From contig RHPI01000810.1 in NCBI GenBank assembly GCA_009103225.1, positions 913,387-977,386 of the forward strand: a stretch of 64,000 bases of DNA, written 5' to 3'. The notes beneath the pieces were generated by a model. That model was not told the origin of the DNA. It saw only the letters and a program-made list of their open reading frames with translations, and searched no databases. The stretch is from Chlorokybus atmophyticus (Eukaryota; Plantae; Mesostigma and Chlorokybus algae). The first letter of the stretch is position 1. The number at the start of each line of letters is the position of its first letter. Below are positions 37,590 through 49,554 of this stretch, in pieces. The translations under genes and the position numbers were made by a program.

Positions 37590-38130
37590 AGCCAAAAGTG
37601 TGCTTCCGGCTCATCGTGAGCAGTGTTGCCCACCACCAAGAGTGAGTTGGGGGCTTATGTATTCTTAACCCAAACCGCGCTGCCGGGCCGTGGCACCCAC
37701 TCCCCATGCTCGCGCTGAACGGTCACGCAATTAATCAACAAGCTCAGCTTGTGGGCAAACATGGTCATCTACAGGTGCTCCACGTACACATCTTTTCTCC
37801 GCACGATCTGTCGCACCTTGGCCAGGGCTATGTCAATGTTGCAATTGACATTAGCCAACATGGTTGCAGGCAGTTTGTCGTAATACTGCGCTATCTCTCC
37901 CGCGGCACCAGTGGCTCTGCAAAAGTCTAGGATTTTGCTTGCCGCACCTGCATCGACAGCCTTAACGGTGATTTTGCGAAGAGTGTCCCCCTGACCGTCG
38001 TCGTCCATGGTGTCCAGCATGGCCCAAATTGTGCTCAAATAGGGGCACTTGTGCTCATCCATGACACTTTGCGCTATGGATGGCCTAGCGCAACATGCGA
38101 TTGTAGAAGCAATTACCATCCGATGGCGCA
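37590..38130 (-). pseudogene. OTU-like cysteine protease (deubiquitinase) domain
   Basis: APSDGNCFY (38120-38106), a frameshift, YVEHL*MTMFAHKLSLLINCV, and LLVVG...AHFWLL (His near 37599). Confidence 0.65.
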
Positions 38131-39429
38131 TTGAAGTGGTCCCTTGAGGCGAGCTGGCCACCTAGCATAATTAATGGCCGTATGCGGGTTGCGGCCAGCT
38201 CCTCAAATGACTCGCTTGCAGGGTGGTGACCGCTGCTGCATGCGCATACAACACTTAGATGGTGTGTCCAACTGTCGACGGCAAGAGTCACAGTAACTAA
38301 TAAAATACCTGAGCTTGGGGCAGTGCCGTCTTCAACTTGCAGCGGGGTAAGGTAGGTGCAAAAGCTACATCGGTTGTCGCATTGTGCTGTGGTCTCGCCG
38401 GTTGCGGCAAGAATGATTGTTGCCCCACAATCACGGGTGCTGCTCGTACAGGAAACGGCAGCGCATGAAGGACTGGTGCCGCGGAAGGTGGATGCGCTCT
38501 GGCTGCGAGGGGAGCATGTGCGGCAGGTGAGACCACTTGTGCATGCAGCAAGGGGGGCTATATATAGGACCCATGATGAGATGGCTCACAATGTTGTAAA
38601 GGACGAATATAAGCTTATGCAGTGCCTGACGCATTGTTACCAAGGCACAAGCATAAAAGGTAGCGACTTACCTCAACAGCACGTGGGTTGCATGGAGCAG
38701 GGGAAGCCATGGGGGCTGACAAGGTGGTATTGGGTGCACTCTCCCCGCCACCCTCAATTGCAGACTCGTCACGGAGCTCGTGAGCCATGGGCACAGAATG
38801 CGCCATTGCACCAATGGACATGTCGGGAATCAACAGGCCAACATGCATGTTAAACTGATGCCGCATTGCCGCCGCGCCCATTAGCAAGTGGGATTGAAGG
38901 ACCGATTATTGGAATTGAATCCAAACTTACACAGGAGCTCCAACAGGACCTAGTGCACTGTGGTGCTGTCAACCAATTACGTGTGGTTTAGCTCCATGCT
39001 TGCGACACTGCAATTGCAATAGTCAACCGCGTTACACCGTCATAAGTTGGTTGCTTCGCATAGTCACCTGCGGCATTGCTGGTTGATGCACAAATGATTG
39101 CATGGACTGCGTCATTACTGATTGATGCACTACTGGTTGAATGCCGGACGAATGGCCACGCGCTCTTGTGCTCAAACCCAGCCTACTTCATTCGGCACGC
39201 GCGTGCGACTTCGCACGCTCACGCACATCATAGCATGCAAAGGTAGGCATGCATTGGAGGTGCATGCAGTCAACATGCACAGCGAGATTGGCAACAACAC
39301 ACCGCCGTCCAGCTCTGTGTATCTGCTCTGGCTTCCGCAATGTCGGCTTAACTGTGGGGTGGGTATGGGTGAGTAGTGGAGGCCTGCAGCCACGCTACAT
39401 GTATCTCATGGACTGCGCCTCCCAAAAAA

Positions 39430-40098
39430 TTGCTGTTGCAAGGAATTGCATGTGACTGTTGAGCGTACCTCTGCATTCTTTTGCGCTTGTTCCCACAGTC
39501 GCAATTGGTCCCGCATGGTTTTAACCAGGGGCTCCAAGGAGTGTAGCTAGTGATCCACTTCTTGTTGCAGAAAGCCAGCCACCAAGCAGCTCTTTGTGTG
39601 CAGATGGTCCTTAATAGCTTGCCTGCTAATTGGTCCAATGTTGGTGATGCATGTTGGACAGCCACGTTGCTGGCGCTTGCCATGATTCATGATGTGGTGC
39701 CCTCTATTAGCTGGCTTCGCTACTTAAACTCTTACGACCACAACTTCTCGCAAGATGTGCCACGCCGCCGCCGCCTCCTACTCCTGGTCCTCAGCCTTCT
39801 AGTCGAACCAAGGTTCACTATGCCTGACATTCCAGCCGTCATCGACCTGATGCCCCTACGTGCCATCATCCGGCCATTAATGAAGCTGTTTGGGTGAGTT
39901 CACGCTAACTCCCATTAGGGCTGGTCGAGCAATGCCTCTGTCGTACCATTGATGATACGACATAGCCATTGTACGCCAATGGCTGGGGTTGAACGAGAGA
40001 TGCCTCTGTCGTACCATTAATGTTACGCCCAAGCTATTGTTACCCTTGGTTGTACGAAGCATGGATGGTACGAAGGCATAAGCCGTACCATCAACCAT
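39430..40098 (-). pseudogene. Decayed ORF with a C2HC zinc finger
   Basis: One frame runs through isolated TAG/TAA stops and contains CPTCITNIGPISRQAIKDHLHTKSC, then helical SLEPLVKTMRDQLRLWEQAQ and a donor GAG|GTACGC. Confidence 0.4.
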
Positions 40099-40119
40099 AG
40101 GAGAGAAGGTTCGAGAAGT

Positions 40120-40829
40120 TGTTCTTCACTTCATGATCAATGGCGAGCAAGTCATCCCGCAACTGCCTAGCTCGTGAGATGAACTTCATAACAGGTTCAG
40201 CAAAAGCTTTCTTAAAAGCATTCATCTGCTTTCTCAACTGCAACTTCCTAGCATTTTTTTTACTTTATACACATCTGCAAACTTCAGCCACAACTCTCTA
40301 GCAGTCTTGCAACGTGCAACAAGCGCTAAGTGATGCTGTACCACATCAAACCTAGCAACGCAAGTGGTTGATGGAATTTGTTGTTGAGGTCTGCGTCCAC
40401 CATATCGGGAGCGCTCTCCTCGGGATCCACCACTGACCATAGGTCTTTGTGCATGAGTAGCATCTGCATCCTAGTGCTCCATGTCCCATAGTTGTCGAGG
40501 TCCACTGGCTCAATATTGACCTTGTCATAGCTGGTCGCCATGTTTACCTTGCAAGTCTGCAATGAAGACGGCGCTTCCCTAGGCTATACCAACTCGTGTA
40601 TGCTATGCTAATGCAAGTGTGGGCCCATGACCTGTTTGAATTGCCCAGTAGCAACAATGACAAGCATATGTGTGGCGCTGATAGTAGAAGCATATGGATC
40701 TTACAGTATTGCACAACATACAGTGTCTCATATAATACACTAACGAGTGCTAGTCAACGCTATCGATCATACCATATACATGTTGGCGCCGCCTATATAT
40801 GTACCTTCAACAACCCATAACCTTTAACA
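40120..40829 (-). mobile_element. Truncated Copia: short 5' LTR (40633-40829), PBS and partial gag
   Basis: Minus-strand PBS GGTCATGGGCCCAC; gag MATSYDKVNIEPVDLDNYGTWSTRMQMLLMHKDLWSVVDP, nearly the same as the element at 58257. Confidence 0.85.
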
Positions 40830-43773
40830 GTCATACACTTGGTGTGACTCACCCAGCAATGTCACATTATGCCATATACTATACTGTTACAGCATTATTC
40901 ACACTCGACGTGACACGCAAGTGCACTTCACAAGTGCAAGCATACTGGCTTCCATACAAGCATATGCACTTAATGCACATTTACGAGGTAAAATACACAA
41001 TATACTGCTTACCACACGCTTGGACAAGTCATTGGACTTTATGTGTGAGCGCTCACAACAAGTGACGCTATATTGCTGTAGTCACCAGCTTGTATAGTAC
41101 ACTGTAATATTTGACACTTGCCACTACATGTGACAGTGTCCCGCATGCGAATATACGCATGCTCACACCAATCATTCTTTGCTTATCCGTACAGTATATA
41201 GGTTAACATGCTCAAGGCATGCCTTCAGGCTTAAGGACAGACTGCGCATGAGTACACTGCACAAGCACTATATATGCTTATAAAGCGGAATTATCAAACA
41301 GTTTAACTTCCTACCCTATGTCAGGAGTTGCGTGTAAGACACCTTGTCAAAATGAGCGTGACATTCCTCCCCACTTCCATCGCAACTACCTCGTTGCCAG
41401 GTTGAGCTATCAAGCCCCAACACATTTTTGGATGGCCAATGAAGCTGAATTTTTGCTCTCCACACGTAATCAAGTGCAAGTTACGGGAGTGCCAACAATC
41501 TTTTCTATGCATGCTCAAGTGATGGCAGCCACTTAAGGTGATGCTGACGACACGTGCACGTGTCCATCTGGCAGCAAAGCGCTTCATAATGCTTAGAGCA
41601 CATGCTCTAAAGTGGACCCCTTTAAGATTTTAAAATCATTGTTAAACTTGGCCAAGTGTCCGCGCAATTGGACATATCTAGTAAACGCGCCTTAAGGTGT
41701 TGTGTACTGTTTGGTTTACTGCAATTTGCAACACATCCTTGCTAATGCTAATATTGACGTGTAACCCGAAGTTTCAAGCCTTGTAGTTTGACTCACTGCT
41801 TAAATACAAACCTTTCACCCTCAATCCTCAATTAGTAATGGAAAAGGTTACTCTGGACAACTGCACCTCAAGTGCAAAAAGAAATAGGTGTTACATGCAA
41901 AATATTATGCATACATTCATAACTGCAGGTGACATGCTATGTAGCTATATCACCAACCATATGAACACTGCACCTCAAGTGCATGGACACAGGTGTTACA
42001 TGTATAGTTGCAGGTGACGAGCAATACATGCTCTGACCCAAAAGCTAAGTTGATGACTATGTATGTTTCAAGCATACGAGCAGTTGATGCATGTGGTGGA
42101 CAAACATCGGTAGTCAGACGCTGAAGAATCATTGCTGGGCCAATGAGGGCGTCCCATCACCTGCACCTCTTGTCTACCATGGCCACAGACTCGCTGCATA
42201 CTTTTGCAAGTATGCACTTGCCAATGCACTGTTGTGTACCTACACACGCAGTATGTTCGTGATATGCTTCGGCTTTGGCTTTAATTGCTTCAAGTGTATA
42301 CAACATGCTCTTTGTACATGTCACTTGTCCTTGTAAGGCATGTTTAGCACAGACGGCCGTCTCATGCTATTCAGAGCAACAAACTTGACTGCTAGCACCT
42401 ACCACCCATCGTACAACTTGTGTACTTACTTAATAAAGTGTGCTTGCCTCTATGACAGCCCGGCACGTTCTGAACATATGGTTCACATGTTCAACAAGTT
42501 GTCAATGCTTTCTAACCAATGTGCACATGTAGGAGCACTTGCTGACTTAGCAAACTCGTTTTGGCGCCAATGTATGGCTAAGCCTGACTTGCCATGTCGA
42601 TGTAAGGCTTATTATACACATTGCACATAGTTAGTGCATCCACACGCTCGTACAATCAACACTGTATACTTAGCTACAAGTCTCTATGCTAACGGTTGTC
42701 AAAGTGTGGCGTCACTTAAGACCTTTACTAATGCCTGTTGCAGCTACAGTTGGCATCACCTAATTTGCTTGACCATTAATGCGGGCATCTCACCATGTGA
42801 CTGCCTCATAATCCTTAGTATGGCTGCGGCCCTGCTACTAATAGCATTAAACTATACATGCACACCCGTAATGGGTTTGCCATCTTCAGCTGCAACTCTC
42901 AAGTGGTACCACAAGCCTTAATGGCACATCCATCCCGCTTCAAATTAACCATTCTACCGAGCAACCTTTTAACAATACACATGTGCTTGAGTATACTTGA
43001 GAAACTCTTTTATAGTATATTATATGGATGACCTCCCCTCATAAACTGAAACCCTCAATATGTGCGTGTCACTGTGTTCATATGATTGTTCAACACCTTC
43101 CCACTTGGTTGGGTGTCAAGCGATGACATGGGATGCGTATGCACTTCACAAGCTTCATGTTTCTTTACGGGTTGCATGAGTGGGTTGTAGTTGGTGGCAA
43201 ACTGACCAACTACCTTTCACCCCCATGTGCACGAGCATCCATGTAAAACACCATCATGTGGGTACGAAGTTGGCCCATGCCCACTTACGCATGCGTATGT
43301 CATCCTACTACTATATAGAAAAAACACCCCCGTCCATGCGGTTTCGTTGTAATATAGACACCGTGTGCAATGTATTGGGTGAGCCCACTGTTGCCGCGCA
43401 ATGCATTTATGGCGATAATGGGCTCACCTAATGCCTTTTAAACCATAAATACACTGCTTGGCAGGTCGCACTTGGTCCCAATGCGCAACTTGCCAACGTA
43501 AATCAGGGTTTGAACATTTGCGCGAATATGTATTGGTAATATAATTTTTGGAATTCGAACACGCTAGATGTTTCTAGCGGTGCAAATTGGTGCTGGCATT
43601 TACATTCGGCTTTGGGTAGGCGCGGCGGCAGCAGTGGAGAACGCTTAGGTAGTTGCGCCACACTAGGACTAGGCCGGCAATCAGGCCAAGGCGGTGCCTC
43701 GCAGCAATCAAGGTGAGTTGTTATTGAAAGAATGTGCTAACGGTGGCCCCCTAAGCTGCCCCCTACCCCCCTA

Positions 43774-44144
43774 TGATGAGAACAAGTGATGCGCCTAGTG
43801 TGTGTGTATTTGCCTCTTACATACAAGTGTGCACACACTAAGGACAAGTGCAGCAAGCACGCCAACTATAGAGACAACGTGCGACCCACTGTATTAAGCA
43901 GTACACAATGTCTTATATACTATGCTACTAAGCACTTGTCAACTCTAGTCAACTCTGGTCAAAGTCAACACTAATCAACACTAGTCAATGGTCAAAGCCA
44001 ACGGTCAAAGCCAAAGTTGACCATGGTTGACCATAACTCCCGTAACTCTCGTAACTCCCGTTATTATAAAGGTTAAGCTGATCGTACCAACTACATGTAG
44101 GCGCCGCCTATACATGTACTTTCAACAACCTACAACATTTAACA
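43774..44144 (-). mobile_element. Solo LTR of the gag-only Copia-derived family
   Basis: Matches the LTRs at 48258 and 60326 in reverse; flanks CCCTA / CCGTA (TSD with one mismatch). Confidence 0.85.
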
Positions 44145-47100
44145 CCGTACCTCGCTAGGCAGGCGAACACCGCCTTGACCTGTTGGTTAAGGCGGTGGCG
44201 TAAGGCGGCATCCAAGACGGCAGCGAGCAAGGAGGCGGCGCCTTCGACAGGTGAGTTGGTCTGTAGGTGTGCACAAGCGCGCGCCCCCATGTTGGTGTGT
44301 GTTTGTGTGTTTGTACACAAGCTTGCTCATGCTGTTCACTTGCCAGGTGCATGCCCCCCCTCTTTTTCGACTAGGCTCTTTACCAATTTTTTAAATCCCC
44401 TCACCCTTAGCACCTTCTATAGCAAGTTGGGATTTTCTGGATTTGTGTGCGTGCAGGGTTTGTCTCTATGCGTAAGTAGTTTCGTGCGAGCTCCCCCCCG
44501 CCCCCGCCCCCTCCCTCCCTCTCCCTCTCTCTCTCTNNNNNNNNNNNNNNNNNNNNNNNNNNNNNNNNNNNNNNNNNNNNNNNNNNNNNNNNNNNNNNNN
44601 NNNNNNNNNNNNNNNNNNNNNNNNNNNNNNNNNNNNNNNNNNNNNNNNNNNNNNNNNNNNNNNNNNNNNNNNNNNNNNNNNNNNNNNNNNNNNNNNNNNN
44701 NNNNNNNNNNNNNNNNNNNNNNNNNNNNNNNNNNNNNNNNNNNNNNNNNNNNNNNNNNNNNNNNNNNNNNNNNNNNNNNNNNNNNNNNNNNNNNNNNNNN
44801 NNNNNNNNNNNNNNNNNNNNNNNNNNNNNNNNNNNNNNNNNNNNNNNNNNNNNNNNNNNNNNNNNNNNNNNNNNNNNNNNNNNNNNNNNNNNNNNNNNNN
44901 NNNNNNNNNNNNNNNNNNNNNNNNNNNNNNNNNNNNNNNNNNNNNNNNNNNNNNNNNNNNNNNNNNNNNNNNNNNNNNNNNNNNNNNNNNNNNNNNNNNN
45001 NNNNNNNNNNNNNNNNNNNNNNNNNNNNNNNNNNNNNNNNNNNNNNNNNNNNNNNNNNNNNNNNNNNNNNNNNNNNNNNNNNNNNNNNNNNNNNNNNNNN
45101 NNNNNNNNNNNNNNNNNNNNNNNNNNNNNNNNNNNNNNNNNNNNNNNNNNNNNNNNNNNNNNNNNNNNNNNNNNNNNNNNNNNNNNNNNNNNNNNNNNNN
45201 NNNNNNNNNNNNNNNNNNNNNNNNNNNNNNNNNNNNNNNNNNNNNNNNNNNNNNNNNNNNNNNNNNNNNNNNNNNNNNNNNNNNNNNNNNNNNNNNNNNN
45301 NNNNNNNNNNNNNNNNNNNNNNNNNNNNNNNNNNNNNNNNNNNNNNNNNNNNNNNNNNNNNNNNNNNNNNNNNNNNNNNNNNNNNNNNNNNNNNNNNNNN
45401 NNNNNNNNNNNNNNNNNNNNNNNNNNNNNNNNNNNNNNNNNNNNNNNNNNNNNNNNNNNNNNNNNNNNNNNNNNNNNNNNNNNNNNNTCTTTTTCAACCA
45501 ATGCTTGCGCTGGTGTGTACATATGAGCTGTGCGCACAGATCTAGGCAGCTCCCCCGCCAGTCAGCCCACCCACCCTTGCATTCTTCTATTAATGTGCGT
45601 GCGCGCGTGTGCATGCACGCCTCCCCACCCTCCCCCTCTCTCCTCCCAGTAACGCTTGCGCTGGTGTGTGCAGGAGCTGCGCACACAAGAGGTTGGCAAG
45701 TAGGCCAGTCAGGCAATCCAGACAGGCAACCAAGATCTCCATCAGCCATCAATTCCAACAAAACGCACAGGAGTTTGTCAGTCGGCCTCCCGACCTTGCC
45801 AAAGCTGCTGCCTAAGGTAGGTTGATGTTGTACGAATGACATAGAGGGAGGCGGGGGNGAGGGTCTGCCTGTTTGTATGTTAAGAAAGACGGGTGGGTAG
45901 GCAAGGTAGTCGCACTTACTCAGTCACTCTCTCACACATACACACACCTATGCACACATTCGCTTGCAGGAACGCTTGCTGATTGGTGTGTTTGTGCAGG
46001 TCTATACATCGACACGCATCCCAAGACGCAATCGCTTAACAATCCGTCCTGGTATGTCGTCCACGGCTTTAACAACGCAGCCAAAAAGGTACAACTTGCA
46101 TCGACTCTTTGGCCTTTCGGCAATCGGATCAAAATGATTACAGACCAAATTGGTTTACACAGCGTGTAGGGAAACTATGCCAGTTTTTTTCCAAGTGGTT
46201 GAATTGAGTTGTTGTGCAGTGATGTCCACAAAGCATGCAAGGCGGTTTAGGAGGGGTTGATTGCACAGCGAGACTCAGAGTGGAAGCGGCGGAGGCATTA
46301 TCAAGGTGAGAAGCGACAACCTGAAACGGAAGTTAGTCGCTTTCGTGAGGAGGTTGAGTGTATGTGTTCCGAACGTGATGAGCATCAACATCAGTACGAG
46401 CGGTATGAGTCCAAGTACAGACGAGTGAAGATGGAGGCTGAGCTGCAGTATAGACCATTGGGGTTGATGAGAAAGCTAAGTTGAAGGTCCAGGTAGCTAG
46501 GCTAGAAGAACAAGTGGTTGACACGGCAGCAGTGCGGCTTGGGCGGGAGATGGAGCGTCAGCGGTTGTGTAATCGTTATGCCCGTTGGCATACAGAGTCA
46601 AGGATGGATCAATTGTTGCCAAGTCTGTCAGACTAGGCAGCACCCAGGCGGCAAGTGTGTTGGCGCGGAGTATTTAATAGTTGCACACATGAGCCGTATA
46701 CATTTTTCCATGGTAGCATAGAAGGTAGTGGAGACTCATGAAGTGGGGGACACATGTTTCTGTATCATGTGCACTTGTGGTATCATATTGCTGATGTGCA
46801 TAAGTATTAAGTAGCAACACATACGCTTGTGCAGACATTGTGATGTATGTTGAGATTATGAAATATGAGGAAGCTGTAGAGACAAGCATGTGAATGGATG
46901 TATTGAAGCTGTGTCATGTATATAACAAGATCACTATTTCATGTCTCAAGATATTTGATTTGGCAGGCGAGTAATTGAGCTGCAAATATGGAATACCCTA
47001 TGCACGCTGGGAGTGAGCATCGGAAGCGTGCAAAAGCGGCATCCGATTGACTACGGCGTAATAACAAGAACAGTGACCAGCGTGCAATACGACTAAAGCG

Positions 47101-48768
47101 GCGTCGCAAAAAGTATCAGCAAGCGCAAGCGCAGAAGAAATTGTGCGTACGCGAGCAGCAACAAGGAGAACAACCTGAATTAAGTGGGTTACCAACGCAA
47201 GCAAAGCAGCCAACCATAAGCGATCACGTCATGACGGCGACCGCGCGCTACCTTAGCACCTCTCCTATAAGAACAGCGGCAACCACTACGAACATTGCGT
47301 AGGAAAGCGAGCAGCATAGCCACTTACAGCTGCAGCTGGTGACGCTAGCGGTTGTACGTAATGGGTGGAGGCACTGCAACACCACCAAGTAGCACAACAC
47401 ATGGCCCCCATCGCTCATATCGCTTTAAACATGAAGCATGCCAGGAAGCAACATCCTCATCCTAAATATGTAATGGTGACGCCAGCTGCTGTATACGCTG
47501 GATTGGAGGCGCTGCAACAACAGCGTCAACTATGTCACGCGAGTATATCCGGCAAGCCGCAGCTACCAAGTGTAACAATTGCAGCAACAACCCCACCGAT
47601 TGCACACAATTTGAATAACGCAATAACTGATGACCAGGCATGGCGAGCTCGAGTGTCGAAGGAACAATTGGCTTCATAACTCACGCGCCGTCGGCGTGGG
47701 ATATATTGCGATTTGTGCGAGGCTGCATATACGCCACAAGAGGCACATGATGCAGTCAAAGATTATACGTCGTCTTTCGAAGACGAGCGATTGCCCCATT
47801 AGAGTCCGCAACATGCAGCGCGTAATCGCGCAACCACTTCGTATGCACCAACGCATTCGCAACAAGATGAGCCGCAAAGCGATGTCTGCTAGGAATGTCA
47901 TGCTGAGGACTACGCGTGCAATAACGCAATGCTGAACGTACGTCAAGCAAAATGGGCAGCACGGCGCATGCGACAGCTATATAAGACTCTTAGAACAAAT
48001 AAAATGCAAGACTGCAAACACTGAATGCATGCGCAACGTGCGTGCAAAGCAAACTCCAAACACTGCAATCATACGCAACGAAACCCACGCGGCCCAAGCA
48101 CAGGCATGTCAATGCCAACCCGAAAACCGCGTGCGCCGATGTCTATTTAATGATGCACAACGATAATATCGACATCGTAATAATTAGCAGCATCAGCAGC
48201 ATAAGCAGCATGAACACTAAAGTGATCCATCCAAAGTGCAACGTCAGCCTGACTTACTGTTAAATGTTATAGCTTGTTGAAAGTACATGTATAGGCGGCG
48301 CCTACATGTAGTCGGTACGATCAGCTTAACCTTCATAGTTACGGGAGTTACGAGAGTTACGAGAGTTACGGAAGTTACGGCAGTTATGGTCAACCATGGT
48401 CAACTTTGACTTTGACCATTGACTTTGACCATTGACTAGTGTTGACTAGTGTTGACTTTGACCAGAGTTGACTAGAGTTGACTAGTACTTAGTAGCATAA
48501 TATATAAGACACTGTATACTGCTTAATACAGTGGGTCGCACATTGTCTCTATAGTTGGCGTGCTTGCTGCACTTGTCCTTAGTGTGTGCACACTTGTATG
48601 TAGGAGGCAAATACTTACACACTAGGCGCATCACTAGTTCTCAACAGGTTATGGGCCCACACTCGCTTGTGTGATCACTTGTGCTAGTGAGAAAAAGTGT
48701 TGAGCATAGGCGCCTACTAGTAGAGTGTTCTTGGGGAGAGGGTGAGTTGTACTATTGTGTAGCAAGCA

Positions 48769-49554
48769 ATGGCTGACACAGATAGGATGCCCATCGAGTC
48801 CCTTGATCTGCACAACTACGCTTCATGGTCGCTGAAGATGAAGTTGGTGCTGATCCGCAAGAAGCTCTAAAGTTTTGTCGATCCCACCTCCTCCACATCA
48901 TTGCGGCCAAGAACAGGTGACACTGGTACCTGGACAGAGAACTCACAATCAGCTTTTGCGCTGATAGGCTTGCACGTCAAAGACTTCCATCTCCCTCTTA
49001 TTGCGAATTGCAAGACTGGACGTGAGGCGTGGGAGGTCTTCGACACCCTCTTCAAGGCCAATAGCAACTCGCGCAAGTTGCAGCTGAGACGCAAGCTGAC
49101 ACTTCTGAAGATGGAGCACAACGAGCCAATACAGAAGTACATCTCGCGTGCAAGGGAGCTTTGGCAAGACCTTGCAGCAGTGGGCCACGATGTGAAGGAA
49201 GAGGAGGTGATGTGGGCAGTCTTAGCTGGCTTAGGAAAGAGCTTTGCTACGCTAGTGACTGTGTTGGAGTCCTCAGATGTGGTTTTGAAGTTTGCTGATG
49301 TAGTGCCTAAGCTGCTAGCTGTGGAAGGCAAGTTGGATGTTCAGGAGATAGAGAATGGTGGAGAACCTATCGCACTTTCTGACTCATCTTCTCAACACAC
49401 ACGAAACAGGAGCAAAGCAGGTGGTGGGAAGCCATCACGTGGCAAAGAGTGTCACTACTGCAAGATGAAGGGCCACTTCATTCGCGAGTGCCAAAAGAGG
49501 ATCCACGATGAGGCAACCAAGGAGGAGCACGCCACGATGGCGATTGCTTTCTAG
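48769..49554 (+). pseudogene. Copia-type gag, unit 1 (TGG>TAA stop near 48868)
   Basis: Same sequence as the intact copies with one premature stop. Confidence 0.9.

Larger units (their letters stand above)
23593..40100 (+). mobile_element. Putative large Plavaka-type (CACTA-related) DNA transposon with cargo genes; right end not found
   Basis: Candidate left terminus CACTACTCAAGGTCCGTCGCAAA; Plavaka transposase at 25.4-28.2 kb; flanking decayed genes share GTACCAT motif clusters. Boundaries are inferred. Confidence 0.5.

Noticed and set aside
39480-39530. KPCGTNCDCGNKRKRMQR as an AWS/pre-SET motif
   Set aside because: No SET motifs follow, and another frame gives a more protein-like continuous translation.
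42347-42360. 14-bp match GCACAGACGGCCGT to the subterminal region at 23801 as the right end of the Plavaka element
   Set aside because: Direct rather than inverted orientation, no TAGTG terminus, and several 14-mer matches are expected by chance in 64 kb.
47630-47935. RRLSKTSDCPIRVR as a FAR1/MULE DNA-binding domain
   Set aside because: Only a few residues match and no Mutator DDE domain is nearby.
48320-48490. Short regularly repeated units in the LTRs as a CRISPR-like array
   Set aside because: They are 6-10 bp tandem micro-repeats without unique spacers inside eukaryotic LTRs; no cas genes.
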